Shown here: positions 19,882 through 27,672 of the stretch, piece after piece
Numbering within the stretch: position 1 is the first letter of the stretch
Layout: each line of letters begins with the position of its first letter
Position numbers and translations under genes: made by a program
The notes under the pieces: model-generated
Databases searched by the model: none
The model's input: only the letters and a program-made list of their open reading frames with translations
Told to the model about the DNA's origin: nothing
NCBI GenBank assembly: GCA_016839705.1
Contig: JAEOTR010000041.1
Location: 50,251 to 114,250 of the forward strand
Source: Promethearchaeota archaeon
GTDB lineage: Archaea; Asgardarchaeota; Lokiarchaeia; Sigyniarchaeales; SOKP01
DNA: 64,000 nt
Direction: 5' to 3'

Positions 19882-20832
19882 TTGAAGCCAGAGGAGCCAG
19901 AGAACCCATCTGATAAAATTATTGGTAATCCAGATGACATGGATTTAATTAAAATTGATTATAATTCCTTTGAGAAGACGGAAGATATGAAAAGATATGA
20001 GGATGAAACTGGCAAATACTCGGTATGGCGGGGCATTGTAACGGAAGGATTTAAAAAGTGGCAACGAGGAGAAAAAATCTATCATCGAGAAAAAGAACGA
20101 ATTTCACTCTATGTTTCCGATGAAACCAAAGCAAAATGGATAGAATATACCAAAAGTGATGGCACTACCATTTCGAAGTTGATAAGGGAAGCGGTTGAGT
20201 CATTTATTGAAAATCAAGAGAATCATAGTAATCATAATTTATCGATGTTCGATCCTCAAACGATTTCCACTATTTCTCATACATTAAAAGAACCGTTAAC
20301 TTCAATTAAAGGTTATTCGCAATTGCTTATTGAAAATTACCGAGAAAAATTGAATGATCAAGTTTTAGAGACGGTAAAAAATATATTTGAGCAGAGTATT
20401 CTTCTCGAAAAGAAAATTATTAACATATTAGATAATATTAAAGTAGAACCTGAGCATGAAGTTTTACTAATTGAAGATGACCTTGCAACTATTCGACTTA
20501 TTAAAAACTATTTTGAAAGTAAAGGCTATAAATGTAAAGGAGTTGTTAGTGGTTCGAAAGGATTGGAAGAATTAGGAAATGCTATTCCAAAACTGATATT
20601 ATTAGATATAATTTTACCAGATTTGAGTGGATACGATATCTGTATAAATATAAAATCTGATAATGAATATAAAAATATCCCTGTTTTTTTCTTAACTGCT
20701 ATAGCGGGTTCTGAAGTACAGAAAAACTTAGAGGAAACTAAAGCCGATGGGTATATCTTAAAACCTTTTAATTTTTCTGACTTCGAAGTTATCTTCGATA
20801 TTTTAAAAAAGAAGAGAAAAAAAGAAAAATAA
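19882..20832 (+). CDS. RHH-HisKA-receiver regulator
   Basis: ERISLYVSDETK...TISKLIREAV (RHH), ISHTLKEPLTSIKG (H-box), LLIEDD/LILLDIILP/LTA/KPF (REC). Confidence 0.85.
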   Translation: MKPEEPENPSDKIIGNPDDMDLIKIDYNSFEKTEDMKRYEDETGKYSVWRGIVTEGFKKWQRGEKIYHREKERISLYVSDETKAKWIEYTKSDGTTISKLIREAVESFIENQENHSNHNLSMFDPQTISTISHTLKEPLTSIKGYSQLLIENYREKLNDQVLETVKNIFEQSILLEKKIINILDNIKVEPEHEVLLIEDDLATIRLIKNYFESKGYKCKGVVSGSKGLEELGNAIPKLILLDIILPDLSGYDICINIKSDNEYKNIPVFFLTAIAGSEVQKNLEETKADGYILKPFNFSDFEVIFDILKKKRKKEK

Positions 20833-21234
20833 ATTTCTAGATATTTGAAGACTCATACTAAATTCTCGAATATTCACCATTTCACTAACATATATAGGCT
20901 ATTTTAGGGATAACACAATAATATAAATATTCTTGAGTAAGATATATAAAATGATAAAAAACTACACAATATTGTAAACAACTATTTAATGAACTGCAAA
21001 TTTTATAAAAAAAGGAATTATCTACAACAATGGTTATCAATTTTAAATAAATAGTATACAAAAATATTAATAACAGAAATTTTACCTAATTATATAGAAA
21101 TATTACTCAAAGAAGAAAGAGGGGGAAAGGATATTTCAAAAGAGAAAAAAAACTCCAATAACAATGATTCTAAAGATCTAGAAAATGATTATGAAAAATT
21201 AAGTTTCACCGATGAAGAAATAACGAACTTAAAG

Positions 21235-22095
21235 GTGGGGAGCAAACAATTTGAGGAGTTAAGGAAATTATACGAAGATCAGACTCATAAATACGCCGAA
21301 TGGCGTGGTACTATAACCGAAGGGTTTAAAAAGTGGTTAAAAGGAGAAAAAATCTATGACAGAGATAAAGAACGAATCTCTCTCTATGTATCAGAAGATA
21401 CTAAAACAAAATGGGAAGATTTTAAGGATTCAAATAAATATTCGACAATATCCGCATTAATCAGAGATAGTGTTGATTATTACATTGAACAAAAATCCGA
21501 TTTTTTAAGTGGAGGATTACAGGGGATGCCTGAAAAGACCATCTCCAACATATCTCATGCCTTAAAGGAGCCGTTGACAACTATAAAAGGCTTCAGTCAA
21601 CTTCTTCTGGAGAATTACAAAGATGAATTAGATTCTGAAGTATTATCGACAATAAAGAACATTTTTGATCAGTCTATGTTGCTTGAGAATAAAATTATTA
21701 ATATTCTTGATAACATTAAAACAGAAGACGTTGAACATCAGTATGATATCCTCCTGATTGAAGATGACCTTGTCACGATTAGGTTATTAACGAGTTACTT
21801 CGAAAGTAAGGGCATTAAATGTAAGGGAGTGGTTAGTGGTACCAAAGGTTTAGAGGAAATAAGAGGTGGTGCCCCCAAATTAATACTTTTAGACATAATT
21901 CTACCTGATATATCCGGATATGAAATCTGTAAAATGATAAAAGATCATAGTAAATATAAAGAAGTGCCTGTATTCTTGTTGACAGCTATTCCTGGTTCTG
22001 AAGTTGAAAAGAAAATTGCTGAAACGAAAGCAGATGGTTACATCTTAAAACCATTTGATTTTTCAGATTTCGAAATATTATTCCAATACATTTAG
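21235..22095 (+). CDS. RHH-HisKA-receiver regulator, tandem paralog (may start upstream at ATT 21133)
   Basis: Same architecture: ERISLYVSEDTK, ISHALKEPLTTIKG, IEDD...LLDIILPD...KPF. Confidence 0.85.
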   Translation: MGSKQFEELRKLYEDQTHKYAEWRGTITEGFKKWLKGEKIYDRDKERISLYVSEDTKTKWEDFKDSNKYSTISALIRDSVDYYIEQKSDFLSGGLQGMPEKTISNISHALKEPLTTIKGFSQLLLENYKDELDSEVLSTIKNIFDQSMLLENKIINILDNIKTEDVEHQYDILLIEDDLVTIRLLTSYFESKGIKCKGVVSGTKGLEEIRGGAPKLILLDIILPDISGYEICKMIKDHSKYKEVPVFLLTAIPGSEVEKKIAETKADGYILKPFDFSDFEILFQYI

Positions 22096-22115
22096 GATCC
22101 CAAGTTAAAACTTTT

Positions 22116-22559
22116 TTATTTAATTGACCCTAAATAAACATAGGTTTTTTTCTGTCGGTTTTTTTTAAGAATCTTATAACGGGTATATCCATCCAACAAT
22201 TCCATTCCATTATTATTAACTATTAAAGGTTCGATGGAACTCCCTCGTAATACCGATTCTTCCATCTCTTCAGCCCTCAAAGTTAATTCTTCTAAAAAAT
22301 TATAACCATCTTTTTGATAATTCATTAAGTTAGATCTAAGTTTAATATCATCCAAATTTATGATTACTAATTTAAATTTCATATTGGGTACGAGATTTAA
22401 CCATTCAGTAGTCCATGTTTGGTCGGGAAATTCCTCATGATCACGTTGCCATTCTTTTCCAATCCATTTTAACAAAAATGGCTTCAAATTGTTTTTGTTT
22501 TTTACTAAGTAATATGTGAAGTTGCCGAGTTTTTTATATATAAATATCTTTCTCATCAA
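22116..22559 (-). CDS. ParB/sulfiredoxin-like domain protein
   Basis: GSSIEPLIV...ELLDGYTRY resembles the ParB-N motif. Confidence 0.65.
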   Translation of the reverse strand: MMRKIFIYKKLGNFTYYLVKNKNNLKPFLLKWIGKEWQRDHEEFPDQTWTTEWLNLVPNMKFKLVIINLDDIKLRSNLMNYQKDGYNFLEELTLRAEEMEESVLRGSSIEPLIVNNNGMELLDGYTRYKILKKNRQKKTYVYLGSIK

Positions 22560-22569
22560 GGAATAATAA

Positions 22570-22643
22570 CGGGCTATGAGGGAATCGAACCCCCGACCGT
22601 CAGGTTAAGAGCCTGCTGCGCTACCTGCCTGCGCTAATAGCCC
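22570..22643 (-). tRNA. tRNA-Lys(CTT), no intron
   Basis: GGGCTAT/ATAGCCC acceptor, GCGC D-stem, CT-CTT-AA loop, GGTTCGATTCC T-arm. Confidence 0.93.
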
Positions 22644-22666
22644 AAATAATATGTCCAATGAAAATG

Positions 22667-22768
22667 CGCAGATGGAGGGACTCGAACCCCCGAGCGCTCC
22701 CGCGCACTGGCTTGCTTGAATGCATTAGATACTCAAGGCCAGCGTCTTACCAGCTAGGCTACATCTGC
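22667..22768 (-). tRNA. tRNA-Ser(TGA) with 19-nt canonical 37/38 intron (22713-22731)
   Basis: GCAGATG/CATCTGC acceptor, G73, long variable arm, CTGGC/GCCAG anticodon stem, central BHB helix CTTG/CAAG with CAA bulge. Confidence 0.88.
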
Positions 22769-22945
22769 TGATTTAAAATTATTTTGTATTTTTATTTTAA
22801 AATATTGTAGTTCTATTAAAATAGATTATATACAGCAAAATAAATGTTTTTTCATTTTTTTCTTTATATCTTTAGAGCTCTCCCGTCGTTTTAAGAAAAA
22901 TATAAATTTTATGATACATTGAATCCTACTTGAGATGATAAAAAT

Positions 22946-23434
22946 ATGAGTGGATCAAAAGATTTTCGTTATCTGATACCTGAAAGTTTATTTCAAGAAA
23001 TTACCCAAAAGAGCGCAGAAGAGCATCCTATGATTTGTCACGGGTGGCTCTTTGCAGAGCGTAAAGAAAACTTCGGTATTTGCACTAAATTTATTATGAA
23101 TACAGATTTACGTAAGACTAAAGCTCACGTTAAGCCAAGAAGCTGGATGAGATATAAAAAATCAAAGATTTATAATATGCGGAAATTTAAAGAGGAGCTT
23201 GGTGTGGACATTGTGTGGCAATGGCACTCTCATCCTAGTGGTAATGAGAAGCTACACGCTATTGACAAGAGGATATTGAAGTATTTATCAAACGGGGTTA
23301 TGATAATCGTGATCCCATCAGTTCCAGGGAAAGAACCAGAACAAAAAGCACATCTGGTTGGGTGGTACTATGACAAACGGTATACCAAAAAGCCAATCAT
23401 AGAAAAAATGGTTTTTGAAATAATTTCCGAATAA
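22946..23434 (+). CDS. JAB/MPN (JAMM-like) domain protein
   Basis: WQWHSHPSGNEKLHAID, similar to HSHP-x7-SxxD. Confidence 0.75.
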   Translation: MSGSKDFRYLIPESLFQEITQKSAEEHPMICHGWLFAERKENFGICTKFIMNTDLRKTKAHVKPRSWMRYKKSKIYNMRKFKEELGVDIVWQWHSHPSGNEKLHAIDKRILKYLSNGVMIIVIPSVPGKEPEQKAHLVGWYYDKRYTKKPIIEKMVFEIISE

Positions 23435-23555
23435 ACAATATTCTTTTTCTTTTATTTTTTTTGATAAGATGCATGAAATCATATTTTATAATAAAATATT
23501 AAAATTTTAAATCGTTATATATACTTACAACTCTACGCTCGGGAAATTAAACGAA

Positions 23556-23697
23556 GCTCAGATCATCAATCCTTTAGATTGCTGAAAGAAAGTCGCTTAG
23601 CCTGGTAGAGCGCTGGATTGCTAATCCAGTGTCCATCGGATACGTGGGTTCGAAAAGAAACGCATTTCGCATATTCTTGAAATTCCCACCCTGAGCG
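23556..23697 (+). tRNA. tRNA-Ser(GCT) with two non-canonical introns: about 6/7 (23562-23591) and 59/60 (23655-23683); alternative 5' end at 23537
   Basis: CTGGA-TT-GCT-AA-TCCAG anticodon arm, long variable arm, GTGGG/CCCAC T-stem, 3' CCTGAGC-G. GCTCAG plus GTC gives a perfect acceptor stem. T-loop intron has BHB TTCG/TGAA with AAA and ATT bulges. Confidence 0.8.
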
Positions 23698-23898
23698 CTT
23701 AAATATTTCGATATATTCAAATCTTCAAGATCAATTTGAAAAATCATCTAACCTTCTTTCTTTACGTTTAATAGAATTTGTTAAAAGATCATAAAATAAA
23801 TTATACTTTTGTGGTAATTTTATGCCTAAATTTTGGAAAAACTCAGTAGCAAATAAGTCCGACATCAAACGATATTCTAAATAAAAATAACTCAAAGG

Positions 23899-24135
23899 AT
23901 GTGGACAAACAAAATTACTGGTAAAACGTCAATTTCATATAAAACTGCTGTTGCATCAAAAAGTCAGATTTCAAAATTCCTTTCTATAGTGAAGCCCAAA
24001 AAGTGGCAATTTAATTGGGAAAGAATAGGTCATAGACTGAAATTAGTCGGTTCAAATTTTAAAGAAGCACTCAAATATAATAAAGAGAAAACCCTAAGCA
24101 ATTTTGCTAAAGATGCCTTAAAGGACTTAGAATAG
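23899..24135 (+). pseudogene. possible C-terminal remnant of a LAGLIDADG-like or other protein
   Basis: Short ORF between tRNAs; ASKSQISKFLSIVKP only loosely resembles the end of a LAGLIDADG domain; no LAGLIDADG motif present. Confidence 0.25.
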
Positions 24136-24228
24136 TTATATATCATCTAAATTCTATATTTAAAAAAATATTAAAATATTGAATGATTATATTATTTCTC
24201 TGTGTATTGAGTATATGAGTGTTAACAT

Positions 24229-24364
24229 GGGCCAGTGGTCTAGCGGTTATAACAGTAGTTAATTTCTAAAATGTAACAAAGACGTCTCGCTTACACCGAG
24301 AAGGTCGGGAGTTCAAAAAGAAATAATAATTCATTATTTCTTGAGAACCTCTCCTGGCCCACCA
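24229..24364 (+). tRNA. tRNA-Val(TAC) with encoded CCA and two 30-nt non-canonical introns: 22/23 (24251-24280) and 59/60 (24318-24347)
   Basis: GGGCCAG/CTGGCCC-ACCA, TCTCG-CT-TAC-AC-CGAGA. Intron 1: GTT/AAC helix, ATA and AAG bulges, ACA/TGT. Intron 2: TTCA/TGAG, AAA and AAC bulges, AGAAATAAT/ATTATTTCT. Confidence 0.9.
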
Positions 24365-24374
24365 TTACACTTCT

Positions 24375-25160
24375 CTAATTGAATAATTGTCTAATTCTTT
24401 TGGGCCGTAAAGCACTAAATTTACAATTTTCTAGATATGTTCCAATATGAGAAATTATACCTGGGGCGTTAGAATCCTCCTTTAGTAATACCATATTTTC
24501 TAAAAATCCGAATCTTTTAACCGTTATAATGTCTCGGAAGTGACCTTTTCTAGTTATTGCTTTTTTAAATTGCCCTTTTGTCTCTCCGCTTAAAAAAACA
24601 GCTTCAAGGTTTTCGTCTAAAATCTTTTTAAATAAGTCTAGGGTAATTGGAGCGAGCTCTCCTTGCACTTTTAAGTTTTCTTTGTCGGTTTTAAGAATCT
24701 TTACATAAACAGGAAAATGATCTATAAAATCATAAGCTTCAATTATTTGCTTTAAAGATTTTTCCTTTCCGTGGCATAACTGTTCTCTAAGTGTATGTAA
24801 ATTTAATAAAACTTCAACTTTGGGGTTCATAAAAGCACAATCGACAAATAATCCAAAACCAACTTTCCCTACATCAGTAAAATTACCCTGATAAATTGCA
24901 CCTTCATCAATGTCTTTAAACTCCTTAATGTTCCCTATTTCTTTTTTCAAGATATTATACATGAAAACTTCTTCAGGACCACTGATTGAAACTTCGAATC
25001 TTTTATCGAAATCTCGTAATTTTTTTATTTCTAAAGAGGTATCAGGAAATCCTTTAACACGTTCTTTTAGATATTTTAAATACCTCAGATACACGTCTTC
25101 TTTCCGCCCAGCCTTAGGGATATTATAAATTTGGTCAAATAGAACAAGCGTTTTTACCAT
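24375..25160 (-). CDS. DUF2110-like archaeal conserved protein (OB-fold like)
   Basis: YQGNFTDVGKVGFGLFVD, RKGHFRDI..VKRFGFLE..V.LK...APGI. Confidence 0.7.
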   Translation of the reverse strand: MVKTLVLFDQIYNIPKAGRKEDVYLRYLKYLKERVKGFPDTSLEIKKLRDFDKRFEVSISGPEEVFMYNILKKEIGNIKEFKDIDEGAIYQGNFTDVGKVGFGLFVDCAFMNPKVEVLLNLHTLREQLCHGKEKSLKQIIEAYDFIDHFPVYVKILKTDKENLKVQGELAPITLDLFKKILDENLEAVFLSGETKGQFKKAITRKGHFRDIITVKRFGFLENMVLLKEDSNAPGIISHIGTYLENCKFSALRPKRIRQLFN

Positions 25161-25335
25161 GATGAACACAAAATAGTTGGAAACATATGGAATTTAAGTA
25201 TTTTAATATATGAGAAGTAAAATACTTTTCTCATCTCATTCAGATTCAGTTTTTTTGTTTCTAAAAAGACTTAAATTCTAATATTATTATTTTTCAATGT
25301 AACCAAAAACAGATTAATTGAAAGATGAAAAAAGT

Positions 25336-25707
25336 ATGGAAGAACAAAGATTTCACTCATTAGTCGAAGCTCTAAGAGAGCAGGAAGGAGTTGAAGAAAT
25401 TTTCCTTTTAAATAGTGAAGGTGAAATAGTTCACAAGTCAGGGGATTTTCAATTAACTAGTGAAGAAGCAAAACTGATTCTTACTGCCTGGAAGACAAAA
25501 GAACCCGCTCTTATATTTCAGGGTCATCGATTCGCAGTTTTAAAAAATGACGATATCCAACTTGCTGCTAGAAATGTAGTTGGGGGAAAAGGAAATATTG
25601 TGGGTTCAATTACGAGGGAAGGAGATTATCTCGTCGCTCACACTAGAGATGAAGGATTGATAATTTTAGAATGGTCAATTTTCATTAATAAAGTCGCTTG
25701 GTCATAA
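25336..25707 (+). CDS. profilin-like protein (Asgard eukaryotic signature protein)
   Basis: About 123 aa; IFLLNSEGEIV, AWKTKEPALIFQGHRFAVL, LAARNVVGGKGNIVG resemble Asgard profilins. Confidence 0.75.
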   Translation: MEEQRFHSLVEALREQEGVEEIFLLNSEGEIVHKSGDFQLTSEEAKLILTAWKTKEPALIFQGHRFAVLKNDDIQLAARNVVGGKGNIVGSITREGDYLVAHTRDEGLIILEWSIFINKVAWS

Positions 25708-25944
25708 TTTCCCTAAAAAATAGGATAGATTATTTAAACCTATTCTATAATGTTTTTTCATTAAAATTTTCCCCTTTTTTTAAATTATTTGAACAAAATA
25801 TTTATGGCATAATTTATTACTACTTGTTAACTAAGTAAGTTAAAAAAATAAAAAAATAATATAAATACAACAAAGTAGTTAGATAAATAAAATCTTTCAG
25901 GATTTTATTTGAATATTTAAATGCGTAAAGGAGGTTAAAGAAAA

Positions 25945-26667
25945 ATGTTTCAACAAGCAGGACGGGGATATGATATGGCTATTACCCAGTTTTCACCTGA
26001 AGGGAGACTTTTCCAAGTTGAATATGCCATAGAAGCAGTTCGTCGTGGGACAACTGCTGTCGTATGTAGGAATAATCAATCTGTTGCGTTTGCCGTTGAG
26101 AAAAAAAGTTCTGAGCTTCAAGAAGTTATTGGCTCGGAAAAAATTTTTAAGATTGACGACCATATTGGAGTCGCAATCTCAGGGTTGACAGCTGACGCTC
26201 GTGTGTTAATCGACCGAGCCAGAATACAAGCCCAGGTTAATCTGTTAAATTATGATGAAAAAATATCTGTGAAGGATAGCACGCTAAATATTTGCGAGTA
26301 TAAACAAGTATTTACCCAGAATGCAGGAGTGCGTCCATTCGGAGTTTCATTTCTAATTGCAGGTATTGACGCAGACGGGCCTAAACTTTACTTAACGGAT
26401 CCCAGTGGTGCTTTTTGGAACTACTTCGCGTTTGCAATTGGTGCTAACGCAACTGAAGCAAGAGCTTATCTTGAAGAACATTATAATGAAGATATGAGCG
26501 ATGAAGAATTGAAATTATTGCCCTTAAAAACTTTAAGTGAATTAATGGGCGATACCTTAAATAAGACCACGTGTGATGTAGCTTTTATATTAAAAGAAGA
26601 TATGACTTTTAAGTTATTAAGTTTGGATGAAAAGGAAGAGTTGTTAAATAAGATTTCAACTTCCTAA
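25945..26667 (+). CDS. psmA: proteasome alpha subunit
   Basis: GYDMAITQFSPEGRLFQVEYA, RPFGVSFL, TDPSG. Confidence 0.97.
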   Translation: MFQQAGRGYDMAITQFSPEGRLFQVEYAIEAVRRGTTAVVCRNNQSVAFAVEKKSSELQEVIGSEKIFKIDDHIGVAISGLTADARVLIDRARIQAQVNLLNYDEKISVKDSTLNICEYKQVFTQNAGVRPFGVSFLIAGIDADGPKLYLTDPSGAFWNYFAFAIGANATEARAYLEEHYNEDMSDEELKLLPLKTLSELMGDTLNKTTCDVAFILKEDMTFKLLSLDEKEELLNKISTS

Positions 26668-26784
26668 AATTAAATATCAAAATCAAGGTTATAGCTCTTT
26701 ATATTTATCAATTATCGCAAAGGCAAAAGAAAGAATAGGGTAGAAATCAAGGATAATTAAGTTATCGTTAAAGGGAGTTATATT

Positions 26785-27588
26785 ATGATCGATCGACCAA
26801 CTGACCGAGCAAGAATTGATTTAGGCGGGTATATCATCGGAAAGATTGAGAAATCTGGTAGACGTTTTGAAATGTTATTGGATCCAGAGAAAGCTTGGGA
26901 AGCCAAGAAATTAATTCGGGAAGAAATCGAAAATCGTCTAAAAGAGGGAAAGGATAAATCAAGATTAAGCGTTGACGAAATATTGAACAGTAATAAGATC
27001 GATCTGGAACTAATTTTTGAAAGTTTTACGGTATTTGAAGACTTACGGAGAGGAAAAAAAGCAACAGATGGTGATATGGAAGTTGTTTTTGATACAACAG
27101 ATGGTAGAAGAATCGCGGGACATATCTTAATCGATGGAGAAATGCATTGGACTCAAACTCAAAGAGAAGAGGAGAGAAGTAAGAAATTGAAGCAAATTAT
27201 TACGATTATTAGTAAAAATGCGATTAATCCTCAGAATAAGAAACCTCATCCCTATCAAAGAATAGAAAAGGCAATCGAAGAAGGTAATGTTAAAATTGAT
27301 TTAATGAGGAACGCTGAAGAACAAGTTGATGATGTACTCAAAAGTATTCGATCTATCATTCCTATTCGCATGGAACAAGTGGAGATGGCAATAAAACTAC
27401 CTTCAGCTTTTACCGCAAAGGGTTATAATATCGTAGCTCAATTAGCCCAAATTAAGAAAGAAGAATGGCAATCAGATGGCTCTTGGGTTTCTGTTGTTAG
27501 TTTACCTGCAGGACTTCAAATGGAATTAATTGATAAATTAAATAAACTCACGCATGGGAGAGTTCAAACCAAATTTTTAAAATCCTGA
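26785..27588 (+). CDS. sdo1: ribosome maturation factor SBDS/Sdo1
   Basis: GRRFE, INPQNKKPHP..RIE, EEWQSDGSW, LNKLTHG. Confidence 0.93.
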   Translation: MIDRPTDRARIDLGGYIIGKIEKSGRRFEMLLDPEKAWEAKKLIREEIENRLKEGKDKSRLSVDEILNSNKIDLELIFESFTVFEDLRRGKKATDGDMEVVFDTTDGRRIAGHILIDGEMHWTQTQREEERSKKLKQIITIISKNAINPQNKKPHPYQRIEKAIEEGNVKIDLMRNAEEQVDDVLKSIRSIIPIRMEQVEMAIKLPSAFTAKGYNIVAQLAQIKKEEWQSDGSWVSVVSLPAGLQMELIDKLNKLTHGRVQTKFLKS

Positions 27589-27672
27589 CCTAAAAACATC
27601 TAATTACTTCTCATTATGTTATTTTTTTGCAACAGTTAGGTAAAATAAAGTAAAAAAAGAGTGTGAGTAATA

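Noticed and set aside
22707-22740. Reading the minus-strand tRNA as Leu(CAA)
   Set aside because: The CAA triplets belong to the intron helix and bulge; canonical 37/38 geometry and G73 support Ser(TGA).
23555-23561. AGCTCAG as the 5' D-stem of tRNA-Ser(GCT) with a D-loop intron
   Set aside because: It leaves no U8 and needs an additional unexplained insert; G-TC-GCTT already provides a normal position 7-13.
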